DNA from: Planctomycetota bacterium
GTDB taxonomy: Bacteria > Planctomycetota > SZUA-567 > H5-PLA8
Direction: 5' to 3'
Assembly (NCBI GenBank): GCA_038227875.1
Contig: JBBRPR010000046.1
Span: 8,261-72,260 of the forward strand
Length of the DNA stretch: 64,000 nt
Position 1 is the first letter of the stretch. Each line of letters starts with the position of its first letter. This document shows, one piece after another, positions 9,334 through 19,159 of the stretch. The translations under genes and the position numbers were made by a program. A model generated the notes under the pieces. The model was not told where the DNA came from and did not search any database. It saw nothing but the letters and a program-made list of their open reading frames with translations.

Positions 9334-10659
9334 TTACGCATTCAATTCCGCGCGCGTTGGAAGGCGGCGGAGATCCTTTTCGCAAATTTGGAAATGCAGC
9401 GCCCGTCGCCAACGATGCGGCAGGAATAAATTCAGTATCTCACCGTCGGCGAACATGTCCAAATACGAGCACTGATAATTGAAGAACGCCAGCCGTTCCG
9501 TATCCGTCAGCGCGTTGGCGAGCACGAAGCGCGGCTCGCTCCAGGTGCGGCCTTCGTCGGTGGACAGAGAGACCCACAATTCGGATCGATCGCCCATCTG
9601 GGCGGCGTTGCCGTTCAGGCCCTGGTAATTTAAATCGTGATGCCGGTTGTGATGGAACGCGGCGAGCGTCTTGCCATCGGCAAGCGGAAAAAGCATCGGC
9701 GGTGCGTCGGGGTGGATCAGCGTCGTGGCTTTCGGATCGCTCCAGGTTTTCCCGTCGTCCTCGCTGCGCGAATCCCAGAGATGGCCCTCGGGCGTGCGCA
9801 GCTGCATGTAAACTTTACCGCCGCCCAGCGCGATCGGGCGGCCTTCGTCCATGCGGTTGAAGTTGCGGCAGTACCAGCCGCCGTGGCTCGCGTCGGGGAG
9901 CAAATCCCACGTCTGGCCCTGATCTTCGGAGCGCAACAAATACTGTCGCGTGAGCAGCGGGCGGTAGCTCCAGTCGCCTTCGTGCGCGCCGAGCAGCCAT
10001 GTGCCGCGGTCGGTCTCGGTCATGCGCATCACCGACATGCCGCGGAATCCGGGATCGTTGCGCGGGCGGATGATGCGGACTTCCGACCAGTGAAGGCCGT
10101 CGTCGTCGGAGTAGCGGTAACCGATCGGCGCATTTTCGCGCAGGCCGTTTTTGTGATGATCTCCCGGCTGCCAAAGATCCCAGACCGGCTGCGTGCCGAA
10201 CGCATAAAGTCGCTTGCTGCCCCGCGGAATCAGCGGAATAAAACCATGCTGATTGTAATCTATGTCAAACGCGACCGTGGGCCCCGTCCACGTCTTCCCT
10301 TTGTCCTTGGATCGGTACGCGACCATCGCGTTGACTTTCTTGTTCTGACCTCCATAGTGCGCGACGCCGACCCATGCGTTGTCTTTGTCGGTCTGGGGCT
10401 GCGGCAGGCCGTCGGGAAACATCAGCAGGTAGTCGCCGTTGGGCGTGATTGTGGCGCGTGTTTCAAACAGGCCGCCCCACCGGTTTCGATGCACGACCTT
10501 CCCTGTGATTCCGATGCCCGTGACCAGGCCCAGTTCCGTGTTGAGTTTTAAACGGCGAGGCAGGTCCTGGGTATAAAAATCGGAGCCTGCAACGGTGACG
10601 TTCGGGCGAATCTCTTCGGCTGGAACGGCGGGAACGTTCGGCATGCGTGGCTGCTCCAA
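9334..10659 (-). CDS. Sialidase/BNR Asp-box repeat protein
   Basis: Repeated S-x-D-x-G-x-x-W boxes (SKDKGKTW, SDDDGLHW, SEDQGQTW, SEDDGKTW, STDEGRTW). Confidence 0.85.
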   Translation of the reverse strand: MEQPRMPNVPAVPAEEIRPNVTVAGSDFYTQDLPRRLKLNTELGLVTGIGITGKVVHRNRWGGLFETRATITPNGDYLLMFPDGLPQPQTDKDNAWVGVAHYGGQNKKVNAMVAYRSKDKGKTWTGPTVAFDIDYNQHGFIPLIPRGSKRLYAFGTQPVWDLWQPGDHHKNGLRENAPIGYRYSDDDGLHWSEVRIIRPRNDPGFRGMSVMRMTETDRGTWLLGAHEGDWSYRPLLTRQYLLRSEDQGQTWDLLPDASHGGWYCRNFNRMDEGRPIALGGGKVYMQLRTPEGHLWDSRSEDDGKTWSDPKATTLIHPDAPPMLFPLADGKTLAAFHHNRHHDLNYQGLNGNAAQMGDRSELWVSLSTDEGRTWSEPRFVLANALTDTERLAFFNYQCSYLDMFADGEILNLFLPHRWRRALHFQICEKDLRRLPTRAELNA

Positions 10660-10983
10660 AGTGAGTCAAATTTGCAAATCGGCATCTGCGATTCCTGCAG
10701 GAAAGATACGCCGCGAAAACCGCGTCCGATACAGTAATTAAATGTGATTCACGGTAAATTTGTAAGGTTCAATATTAGATAGTCCCAGCTGCAAAACCCA
10801 AAAAGCGATCTTAAGGGCGCTTAACTGGCTGCATCAATCTACCTTTGCTGTCGTCGATCAAACGGTTAAACTTCATTGGTCAAGTCATGTGCGAGCCACG
10901 ACCCGCACAGACCGACCCCGCAGACGGTCCCTGATCCCATCTTTTATGTCGTTTGCCCGCACCGCATAGCCACGAGGTATCTC

Positions 10984-13392
10984 ATGCCCACTATTCTTGT
11001 CCTTGAAAGCGACGATCGTGCCTTCCGGTCACTCAGCACGGCGCTTCAGGGCAAGGTCCGAGCCGAATTGGAACTGTGCAAATCGGCTCAGGAAGGTCTT
11101 GAGCGGATTACCGAAACCGATTTCGACGCCATCATTGCGGATATCCGCCTCGCGGGCGTGAGCAAGCTCACATTGCTGGAGGAAATTCGCGCCCGCCGCC
11201 CCAACACTCCGATTGTCCTCACCTCCGCCGCTGCCACGTCGGCCGACGCTTTGAACGCGCTGCGCACTGGCGCCTTCGATTTCATCACCAAGCCCTACGA
11301 TCTCGATTACCTTATCAAGTCGCTGAATGCCGCCGTCAGTTTGAGCCGGATCAACAAGACCGTGGTGGAGAAATCCAAGCAGCTTGAATTGCGCGCCGCT
11401 GAATTCCAGGCGCTGGCCGAAGCGCGCGCACTGGCTCTCGCACATACGCGCATCCGGCTGGAGCAGGCCGTCGAAGCCGGGCAGACCGGAACGTGGGAAT
11501 TGGATCTTAAGAACAACCAGTTCTACTGGTCGCCGTTGCTGGAGAAAATCTGCGGTCTGACTGAAGGGCAGTTCAAAGGCTCACTGGACGAACTCTACAA
11601 GTTCGTCCATCCCGACGATGCGGCCAATGTCAAAAAGGAAATGGAGATCGCCATCTCGCAGGACACCGACGTCCAGCTGGAGTACCGGATCATACATTCG
11701 TCCGGCGCCGTCCGCTGGTTGCGCGTTCGTGGAAAAAGATTCTTCGATGACAATGGTGCGCCGTCCAAGCTTGCGGGCGTCTGCGTCGACATCACCGACC
11801 GGCGCAACGCCACGGATACAATCGAACTGGAGCGCGAAAAATTCCGCATCACGCTCAACAGCATCGGCGACGCGGTGATCGCCACCGATCAAGTGGGCAA
11901 TCTGTCGTTCATGAATCCCATCGCCGAACGGCTGACCGGCTGGACAACCTCGGCGGCGGTGGGCAAACCAATGGATCAGATCTTCACTATCATCAACGAG
12001 AAGACCCGGAAGTTCGAGCCCAACCCCGTCATCTCCGTGCTCCGAGACGGCAAGGCGGTGGCATTGGAAAATCACACCATCGTCATTTCCAAAGCCGGGA
12101 TTGAAACGCCCATCGAGGACAGTGCCGCTCCCATCATCAATAAGAATGGCGAAATCGCCGGAGTCGTACTGGTCTTCCGCGACGTTTCCAAGGAAAAGAA
12201 AATCCAGGCGGAACGCGATGAGCTGATGCGGCTGGAACAGGAAGCGCGCGCCGAGTCCGAACGCGCCAATCTGGCCAAAGACGATTTCTTCGCCACGCTC
12301 TCCCACGAACTGCGTTCACCGTTGACGCCGATGCTGGGCTGGAGCCGGCTCTTGAAAAAGGGCGATCTGGACGAAACCGAAAGAAAACAGGGTATCGACG
12401 TCATCGAGCGCAACGTGCTGGTGCAGGCCAAGCTGATCGACGACATCCTCGACATGTCTCGAATCATGACCGGCAAGTTGGCGCTGACCGTCGGACTGTT
12501 GGATTTCAACCGCGTGATCGCCGCCGCGGTCGACATCGTTCACAACGCCGCCGATGCCAAGCGCATCGATCTGCAGGTCACGTCTGAGACGTCGCCGCTC
12601 ACGATGATTGGCGATTCCGACCGGCTGCAGCAGGTCGTCTGGAATCTGCTGACCAACGCCGTGAAATTCACACCCAAGAACGGCAAGATCTCGATCAAGA
12701 CGGAATTGCGCAATTCCAGCGTGATCATGGTCGTCACCGATTCGGGCTCGGGCATTCCCGCGGACTTCATCCCCCATTTGTTCGAACGGTTTTCGCAGGC
12801 GAACAATTCCTCCACCCGTGTGCACGGCGGGCTGGGCATTGGGCTATCGCTGGTCAAGCAACTGGTGGAACTGCACGGCGGCACGGTGGTTGCCACCAGC
12901 GACGGAGAGGCAAAGGGGTCATCGTTCACGGTGAATCTTCCCATCCGCGCAGTCGGCGAATACGACGATCCCCAGGTTCCGCCGCAAGCGGCCGTCGCGA
13001 AAGTTGCCAAGGACATGCTCTCCGGCCTGAAAATTCTGATCGTCGACGACGAACCGGACGCCCGCGAACTGATCGGATTGTCTTTCCGTAAATTTGGCGC
13101 CAAGACCATTCTGGCCGATTCCGCCGACGATGGATTTGCGAAGTTCAAGGAAGGCGCGCCCGATTTGCTCGTCTCGGACATCGGCATGCCGGTAAAAGGC
13201 GGCCTGGAATTCATCCACATGATCCGGAAGCACGAAAATGGCGACGGCAAGGTCCCCGCCGTCGCGCTCTCTGCCTACGCCAGTGACAAGGACGGCCGCC
13301 GCAGCCTGGAGGCCGGATTCCAACTCCACATGGCCAAGCCCGTGGACCCGACGGAGCTGGTGAAGGCGGCGATTATTTTGTTGAAGCGGTAG
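10984..13392 (+). CDS. Hybrid sensor histidine kinase (REC-PAS-PAS-HisKA-HATPase-REC)
   Basis: N-terminal receiver, two PAS/PAC domains, H-box LSHELRSPL, N-box NLLTNAVKF, G-boxes, C-terminal receiver with DIGMP. Confidence 0.93.
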   Translation: MPTILVLESDDRAFRSLSTALQGKVRAELELCKSAQEGLERITETDFDAIIADIRLAGVSKLTLLEEIRARRPNTPIVLTSAAATSADALNALRTGAFDFITKPYDLDYLIKSLNAAVSLSRINKTVVEKSKQLELRAAEFQALAEARALALAHTRIRLEQAVEAGQTGTWELDLKNNQFYWSPLLEKICGLTEGQFKGSLDELYKFVHPDDAANVKKEMEIAISQDTDVQLEYRIIHSSGAVRWLRVRGKRFFDDNGAPSKLAGVCVDITDRRNATDTIELEREKFRITLNSIGDAVIATDQVGNLSFMNPIAERLTGWTTSAAVGKPMDQIFTIINEKTRKFEPNPVISVLRDGKAVALENHTIVISKAGIETPIEDSAAPIINKNGEIAGVVLVFRDVSKEKKIQAERDELMRLEQEARAESERANLAKDDFFATLSHELRSPLTPMLGWSRLLKKGDLDETERKQGIDVIERNVLVQAKLIDDILDMSRIMTGKLALTVGLLDFNRVIAAAVDIVHNAADAKRIDLQVTSETSPLTMIGDSDRLQQVVWNLLTNAVKFTPKNGKISIKTELRNSSVIMVVTDSGSGIPADFIPHLFERFSQANNSSTRVHGGLGIGLSLVKQLVELHGGTVVATSDGEAKGSSFTVNLPIRAVGEYDDPQVPPQAAVAKVAKDMLSGLKILIVDDEPDARELIGLSFRKFGAKTILADSADDGFAKFKEGAPDLLVSDIGMPVKGGLEFIHMIRKHENGDGKVPAVALSAYASDKDGRRSLEAGFQLHMAKPVDPTELVKAAIILLKR

Positions 13393-13413
13393 ATCCACCC
13401 GAGGATTTGGAAC

Positions 13414-13659
13414 ATGGTTTCTGAGCGATTAAAGAACGAGCTCGCGGAACTGCGCGCGAAGATGCTGGATATTCGCGAATTCGATGCATCCTCGTCCGAA
13501 CACTTACGAGGCCTGTTTGAATCGATCAAGAATCTTCAGGCGGTGATGACGGAGATGGTGCTGAATCAGGCGGAGGCACATATGCCGCTGGCAGTTGCTG
13601 CTGTGTCCGTGCCGAGCGGGAATGCCGTACACGCGCCGGGGGCGTTGCCGAAAGTTTGA
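13414..13659 (+). CDS. Small hypothetical coiled-coil protein
   Basis: GAGG RBS, follows the kinase; amphipathic helical sequence. Confidence 0.5.
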   Translation: MVSERLKNELAELRAKMLDIREFDASSSEHLRGLFESIKNLQAVMTEMVLNQAEAHMPLAVAAVSVPSGNAVHAPGALPKV

Positions 13660-13694
13660 AGCAGCCCTGCCACGATTGGGTGAGCTTTCCAAAC

Positions 13695-13994
13695 TCACTC
13701 TGTCTTGCGGTGAGTCACAAGCCCCAAAACAATCGCGACTGTTCCAGCAATTCCGAATATCGAAGGGCCCTGCTTAAAGTAGAGGGAACTCAAGAACTGA
13801 ATCGAGATGAGCAAGACGCCCAATCCAATCAACATAGCCCGCCAAAGCGTCACGGGTTTAGTATCAGCCAGGTCGGGCTCGCTACCATCATTGGGTTTGT
13901 TACACTTGTCGCAAAAAGACAAGTTGCCGTGAAACCAGTGACCGCAGTAATTGCATTCCGTCCATTTCTTACCGGGTGGCGGTTGCTCGGCCAT
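13695..13994 (-). CDS. Small zinc-ribbon membrane protein
   Basis: CxxC...CxxC (CNYC, CDKC) then two TM helices. Confidence 0.6.
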   Translation of the reverse strand: MAEQPPPGKKWTECNYCGHWFHGNLSFCDKCNKPNDGSEPDLADTKPVTLWRAMLIGLGVLLISIQFLSSLYFKQGPSIFGIAGTVAIVLGLVTHRKTE

Positions 13995-14104
13995 TAATTC
14001 AGTGTGCCGCGGCTATTTATCAATATACAGAAGGTTCCAGTGAAAACAGCCTTGAACCCCAGACCCACTAGCGTCCTGACACCCGGCGTCAGCAGTCTCG
14101 ACTT

Positions 14105-14917
14105 TCATTTCATGACCGCGGGACGCAACATTCCGTTGCTTAGATTTTTCAACAATGAAACTTCGGTCGACCCTGCGGCGTTGATAAACATGGCGGCGGC
14201 AGATTCGGGCCATGCGGGAACGGGACCGATTGGCGTGGCCCATCCGGGACGATAGGAATAAAACAATGCGCGCCGCGGACCGTTGGAAAAATTGTGCCCA
14301 CCCGCGTGTGCGGTGAAGCAATGAAAGAGGACTGCATCTCCCGCGCGCGCCAGAACACGGCGCACGTGCGTCGAAAATTCAGCTTCCACGCGCGTTCCCG
14401 GAGCGAGGTCCAGGCGGCGATGAGAACCGGGAACGATGTACAGCGGTCCGTTGTCGGACGTCAATGAGTCCAGGTACATGCCCACATTCACCCAAGATGG
14501 TGACGTGTTACGGAAATCATCGGCGTGCTCGGTTGTGCCCCAATCAAAGTGCAGCCACTGCCGCGCCATTTCGCTGCGCGGTTCCTGTTTCTTGGCCCAA
14601 TATACCCCTTTAAAGAAGCGCAGATCTTGACCGTAAATCGCGCGCACTGTCCGCAGCATTTCTGGGTTGGCAATCTGCGCCGCGAACTCGGGAATATCGA
14701 AAGGTGTGCCCCGTTCGCCCAGTCCTGCACGCTCAATATCGCCATAGATCTTCTGCAACCGCGCCGCGTTTAAGACGCCAGGCACCAGCACAAAACCGTT
14801 TTCGAAAAAGTAGTCCCGCCGCTCGGTCAGGGACATATTCTCAAAGTGCGCCTCCAGCAATGGTACTTCAGCAGACACCTCGGCGGCTGCCATCGGAACC
14901 GATTCAGATTGTTGCAT
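14105..14917 (-). CDS. Phytanoyl-CoA dioxygenase (PhyH) family Fe(II)/2OG oxygenase
   Basis: 'FFENGFVLVPGVL', HxD (LHFD), 'NGPLYIVPGSH', 'AGDAVLFH...AHAGGHN...RRAL'. Confidence 0.88.
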   Translation of the reverse strand: MQQSESVPMAAAEVSAEVPLLEAHFENMSLTERRDYFFENGFVLVPGVLNAARLQKIYGDIERAGLGERGTPFDIPEFAAQIANPEMLRTVRAIYGQDLRFFKGVYWAKKQEPRSEMARQWLHFDWGTTEHADDFRNTSPSWVNVGMYLDSLTSDNGPLYIVPGSHRRLDLAPGTRVEAEFSTHVRRVLARAGDAVLFHCFTAHAGGHNFSNGPRRALFYSYRPGWATPIGPVPAWPESAAAMFINAAGSTEVSLLKNLSNGMLRPAVMK

Positions 14918-15141
14918 GGATTTGTGCTAGCTCCAAAGCCTGCGCGCTCCCGAGCGCGCACGCTTCGAATACACCCGGTTAGAATGGAGCGTCTGAAAAA
15001 AGTGTGGTTTTGCTTCGCTTGCAGGATTGATTCACGACTTCGTATCTTCCATTGGGAAAAATATGAAGCCCGGCTCTATGGCTGGCACACTGGACAAGTC
15101 GACTTCGTCGATACTTTCAAAGAATACTCGAACAGTGTTAC

Positions 15142-15849
15142 GTGCCGCGAGTTTTGGCAATTGCGCGAGCTTTGGTTCGTTACGCAATCTTTGAAGTGCA
15201 ATTGACTCCGCATCTGGAATCGTTGAGTGCGTGGTGCTGCGACCGACGCTATCTTCAAGCCAATCCGCTCGAGAACGCTGGTGAGATCGACACGACGCCG
15301 GAGGAAACGCGACGCGCGCTCACTGCCGACGAGATCAAGTTGCTACTGTCCAAGTGCAAGCCTGAGAGACGCACTTTGTATAAGCTTTCGATCTGCTCGG
15401 GCCTTCGCAAGAACGAGTTGATGTCGCTTACCGTCGTCGACCTCGACGCCGCTAATTGCTGTCTCCGGCTCCGGCCAGAGTGGACGAAGAACAGGAAATC
15501 AGGCTGGCAACCGCTCCCTGCAGCGTTGACGGCGACCCTTGCCGCTGACGTGGAGGGGCTTCTCCCGACCGCTCCGTTAATCCACGTACCCAGCGACGCC
15601 AGTGCAAGATTCGAGACCGACCGTCGAAGAGCGGATTTGAAGAAAGAAACAGAGGACGGGGTCTGCAACTTCGCGTGCCTGCGCCAGACTTATATCACGA
15701 TGGTCAACGATACGGGAGCCACAACCAAAGCAACACAAACACTGACTAGGCACAGTACGCCGTCGTTGACATTCAAAACGTATGCGCGTGCGCGGTCGGC
15801 TGAACTGGTTGGTGTGGTGGAAAAGCTGGCGCTGCTGGTTGGCTCTTGA
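15142..15849 (+). pseudogene. 5'-truncated tyrosine integrase, paralogue of the 16098-17339 integrase
   Basis: From about 15215 it aligns by eye with the neighbouring integrase (YLQANPL..DTTP..RALTADEI vs YLAADPL..DTTP..RELSTDEI); lacks the N-terminal domains; HxxR motif reads ACLR. Confidence 0.75.
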
Positions 15850-15850
15850 A

Positions 15851-16012
15851 TCACTTTGAAGCATCGTCCTCTTTCGGCGTTTCTTTATCCTTGCGAAAGT
15901 GCCGGTAGGTCACAAAAAGAATTATGACTAACACAATAAAACCTAGAACAACAATTACTATGCCTTCCAATCCGATTAGGAATAGTCCGGCCAAACCATC
16001 AGCAAGGAACAA
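15851..16012 (-). CDS. Small single-pass membrane protein (53 aa), absent from the ORF track
   Basis: GGAGA RBS then TTG; MFLADGLAGLFLIGLEGIVIVVLGFIVLVIILFVTYRHFRKDKETPKEDDASK* = TM helix plus charged tail. Confidence 0.55.
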   Translation of the reverse strand: MFLADGLAGLFLIGLEGIVIVVLGFIVLVIILFVTYRHFRKDKETPKEDDASK

Positions 16013-16097
16013 AGCTTTTCTCCGCTTGAACCACTCAAAAGCGTAGCGAGGGTCTTCTACGGCGCACTACACGAATGGAGCGTTAGGTGGTTTGTAG

Positions 16098-17339
16098 TTA
16101 TACGCCCTGAGGGACTTGAACCCCCAATGGAATCTCGACGGGTTTCATACAAACACTAGCGGCATGACTGTTTACAATGTCACCCTCCGCCCCTACTGCA
16201 AGTCGTTGGGTTGCCATGGGGGCGGCGGCGGTCTGTTTCAGGGCTTCGGCAACAGATTCGGCCACGGCCCGCATTCGTTGCGCGTCCGGCTTGGCGTACG
16301 TGCTCATGGACATAGTGGCGGATGAGTGCCGGGCCAGCGTCATGATCGTTTTCAGGTCAGCCCCCGACTTCACCACGGAATTGATATAGCTCACCCGCAG
16401 GCTGTGGAACGTCGCCTTACCCGCGCCTTTGATTTCCTTTGTGATTCCAGCGTTGTCAAAGTCCCGGTCCAAATTCGCGCAACACGTTTCTTGGAGCGGC
16501 ATCGGCAAAAGCGGTGCGTCCGGCTTCTTGCCGATCGACAGCGCGGCCAGTTCGTCGGCCAGTTCACGGGCAATGGGTTGCCGGGCGTCGCGGCGGTCCT
16601 TGCAGAATTCAGCGGCCAGCGGCAACGACGGCCCGAACATGTCCAGATTGCCCACGGTCAGGTTGCGTAGTTCATTTTGCCGGTAGCCCGTTGCCAGGGC
16701 CACGCGATAGACCAAAGCCCTGTGCGGCGGCGCGGTGGCCAGCAGCTTTGCAATTTCGTCCGTGCTCAATTCGCGGTGCGGCATCTTCGGCGTGGTGTCG
16801 AACGCCACAATCGCGGCCAGCGGATCGGCGGCAAGGTATTGCCGATTCACGCACCAATCGAGGAAAGATGCGATCGCTTCACTGTACCCTTGCACTGTCT
16901 TTTCTGTCAGCGGTCCCGACTCGTCTTGACCGTGGGCCAGCAGTTCGCGCAATGCGATTTCCACGTCCGCCAATTCCACGTCTTGAATCGTCTGTAATTT
17001 CAGACGGTCGCCCCACCATTTCAACGTCCAGCCCTTTTTTCGGGCGTGGACCTTCGACCAACCAAAGCCGCGGCGGCCTCCACAACTTCGGCCCCATGCC
17101 AGATATTCGGACACCGTCGCGGCATAGTCGCGGGCCTTGTCCGATTCCTTCGGCGCGGGGCGGATGCCGTCGCGGATTTCATTTTCAATGATCTGGCGCC
17201 GGTTCGCCGTCCGCTCGGTTTCCGCGTAGCTCGTGGTGCCGGTTGCCTTCCGGCGCCGCCCCTTCCAGTCGCGATACTCGAATTTATAGCGCGGGTGGGG
17301 TTTGCCGTCCTTGTCGAAGGTTTGAAAGACATGTGGCAT
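16098..17339 (-). CDS. Tyrosine recombinase/integrase whose last codons are encoded by the att core
   Basis: Catalytic R (TGYR), K (FCKD), HSLR, ARHS, Y (STYA); ends ...LGVQVPQGV* within the direct repeat. Confidence 0.95.
   Translation of the reverse strand: MPHVFQTFDKDGKPHPRYKFEYRDWKGRRRKATGTTSYAETERTANRRQIIENEIRDGIRPAPKESDKARDYAATVSEYLAWGRSCGGRRGFGWSKVHARKKGWTLKWWGDRLKLQTIQDVELADVEIALRELLAHGQDESGPLTEKTVQGYSEAIASFLDWCVNRQYLAADPLAAIVAFDTTPKMPHRELSTDEIAKLLATAPPHRALVYRVALATGYRQNELRNLTVGNLDMFGPSLPLAAEFCKDRRDARQPIARELADELAALSIGKKPDAPLLPMPLQETCCANLDRDFDNAGITKEIKGAGKATFHSLRVSYINSVVKSGADLKTIMTLARHSSATMSMSTYAKPDAQRMRAVAESVAEALKQTAAAPMATQRLAVGAEGDIVNSHAASVCMKPVEIPLGVQVPQGV
16100..16127. repeat. att site (distal copy): duplicated 3' end of tRNA-Arg
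   Basis: ATACGCCCTGAGGGACTTGAACCCCCAA identical to 21702-21729. Confidence 0.95.
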
Positions 17340-17341
17340 TG

Positions 17342-17554
17342 TCAGCCCTTTCCCTTTCGATGCGGCGCCATTATGAACGCCGATACAGTCAAACCCGCCA
17401 TTCCCGCTTTTTCTCGCAGGCTTTCGTATTCAACTTCGCTCACGCGGATAACCACGTTGCGGCTTTTGGCGCGTTCTCCAAGTGACGGGCGGCCGGTGCG
17501 AAGCGCATCGGCTTCAATCTGTGCTTTCGTGCGTCGTTTTCGTTTCATACTCAT
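17342..17554 (-). CDS. Small ribbon-helix-helix (MobC/CopG-like) DNA-binding protein
   Basis: 'VVIRVSEVEYESLREKAGMAGLTVSAFIM' RHH pattern, basic N-terminus with GRP; directly upstream of the integrase. Confidence 0.7.
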   Translation of the reverse strand: MSMKRKRRTKAQIEADALRTGRPSLGERAKSRNVVIRVSEVEYESLREKAGMAGLTVSAFIMAPHRKGKG

Positions 17555-17579
17555 ACTCTACTTTACGCATAACAATAAT

Positions 17580-17942
17580 TCAAGAAGCTTCGAGTTTTCT
17601 TGCGGCCCGTTCGGCGTCGCGGACCTGCCGTTCGGCGCGGGCTTCAATGTGGGCAAGAACTTTGCCGGTAAGCCAAGTGGACTTCCCCGCGAATCGGAAC
17701 GGCGGCGGAAGTTCATGGCGTGACACCATTCGCCGGACGGTGCGTTTGGAAAGGTTCAACGCGGCCGACAGGGCGCATTCATCCAGCAGCGTCCGTTCCG
17801 GCAACGTCGCCAGCGCGGTGATCGTCCGACCCTGCCCGGCAGGCTTGGGTACGTCAATCGGCACAGGTGCCGGCGGCGGGAGCGCGCTTGCATGCGTGTT
17901 TTCCGGCGCCGTGGGAACGGTCGCGTCATCGTTGCTTGTCAT
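17580..17942 (-). CDS. AlpA/excisionase-like helix-turn-helix protein
   Basis: 'LLDECALSAALNLSKRTVRRMVSRHELPPPFRFAGKSTW'; ATG at 17942 overlaps the Prim-Pol stop. Confidence 0.8.
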   Translation of the reverse strand: MTSNDDATVPTAPENTHASALPPPAPVPIDVPKPAGQGRTITALATLPERTLLDECALSAALNLSKRTVRRMVSRHELPPPFRFAGKSTWLTGKVLAHIEARAERQVRDAERAARKLEAS

Positions 17943-19159
17943 TCCGGTAATCCCCAAATCTCGAATGGCCAAAGGACAATGAATTTACTTGCCGGCGCGC
18001 CCGGCACGTTCTTCGCTCGATACGTGCACTGCAATAACGGTTCTGGCTTCTGTTTAAGTTTGTTGATCAACCACCACCCGCGTTTGGCATCGGCGAGCTG
18101 TAGCAAGGGCTTCAACATTCGACCGGAGAATTTAAAGTCACGGCCTTTGCCAGCCCACCTTTGCATTTCGATGGCAATGGCAGCGACCATTTGAAGCTCG
18201 GACGACTTGTACACCAGGACACAGCGCGGCAGGGGTCGGGACTGCACGGCCTGCCAGGCGATCTGTATAGGCTTTTCATCAAGTGTCACCCGCGCCGAAT
18301 TATACCCCCGCTGCAGTTTGTCGCGGTACTCGTCTTCCGATACCCCGGCACGAAAGAATGGTCTGGCATGAGACACCCACTTATTTTCAAGCTGTTCGTA
18401 TTCACACCGCGTCAGTTCCCGACCCCACCGCTTTTCGAGCGTAATCAGCACACGGCCAAATCGAAAACATGCGGCGTCGTTTGTGTGCACTTTCTTCGGC
18501 AGTGACTCTTGCAGAACATACTTTAATTCACTTACGGATATGCCGCAGTGGTTGCTGTGTACTGTTTCGCATGCCGCAGTGGTTGCTGTGTCGTCTGTGT
18601 TAGCTGTGAGTGCTGTGTCTTCTGTGTTAGCTGTAGTCGTTAGAGTGTTTATTAAAGTTTCGCACTCTTGACCCAGTCCGGCCGCAAACGGATCTACTTC
18701 CCGCACGGCCCCCGGCGGCAGCGGCACCAGCCATTCGTAGATGCAGCCACTTGGATGCAGTGACGGCGGCAGCAAGCAGTACCCGCCTTTCCCGCGCAAT
18801 TCACCGTCCTTGACCTTGATCGTTCGGATCGTGGTTTTGCTGGTGAAGTAGACGTGTCGGCCACGGGCGGTCACCACGGTCGGCAGCGTGCGAGCGAGTT
18901 CCGGAAAATCCGCCGCCCACGATTCATAAGTTTCCAGGGTGTCAAAGTCACGGCAGCACAGCCCGCCAGACACCGGTCCGAACACGACTGCCAGACCCGT
19001 GACGCTCGGCTGTTTGAACCATGTGGACAATTCCCCGTCGGTTGCCCGTCGCGACTGAAACGTCTTCCAGCTTTGCAGCGCGGCGCGTTTGTCCTTGCCG
19101 ATCGGAATGACAGACCAGCCACGGCGGGCGTAGGCACAGGCGTTATCTAACAATGTCAT
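17939..19159 (-). CDS. Bifunctional DNA primase/polymerase (Prim-Pol) domain replication protein
   Basis: 'YARRGWSVIPI', 'CCRDFD', 'TARGRHVYF', 'YCLLPPSLHPSGCIYEW' are Prim-Pol motifs; no helicase Walker motif. Confidence 0.88.
   Translation of the reverse strand: MTLLDNACAYARRGWSVIPIGKDKRAALQSWKTFQSRRATDGELSTWFKQPSVTGLAVVFGPVSGGLCCRDFDTLETYESWAADFPELARTLPTVVTARGRHVYFTSKTTIRTIKVKDGELRGKGGYCLLPPSLHPSGCIYEWLVPLPPGAVREVDPFAAGLGQECETLINTLTTTANTEDTALTANTDDTATTAACETVHSNHCGISVSELKYVLQESLPKKVHTNDAACFRFGRVLITLEKRWGRELTRCEYEQLENKWVSHARPFFRAGVSEDEYRDKLQRGYNSARVTLDEKPIQIAWQAVQSRPLPRCVLVYKSSELQMVAAIAIEMQRWAGKGRDFKFSGRMLKPLLQLADAKRGWWLINKLKQKPEPLLQCTYRAKNVPGAPASKFIVLWPFEIWGLPE
18540..18660. repeat. Iteron-like repeat array with AT-rich flank inside the Prim-Pol gene (candidate origin)
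   Basis: ATGCCGCAGTGGTTGCTGTGT at 18540 and 18571; TGCTGTGTC(G/T)TCTGTGTTAGCTGT at 18584 and 18611; then TGTTTATTAAAGTTT. Confidence 0.7.

Noticed and set aside
10812..10824. TAAGGGCGCTTAA matches the tRNA 5' end and flank (21768-21780)
   Set aside because: Only 13 bp and partly palindromic; recombination between the copies would delete the tRNA; no mobile genes at this boundary, so probably chance.
14846..15205. ORF upstream of the truncated integrase as its frameshifted N-terminus
   Set aside because: Its translation shows no resemblance to the N-terminus of the intact integrase.
18540..18640. Direct repeats considered as a mini-CRISPR
   Set aside because: Only two copies of each unit, spacers of 10 bp or less, inside a CDS, and no cas genes in the window.
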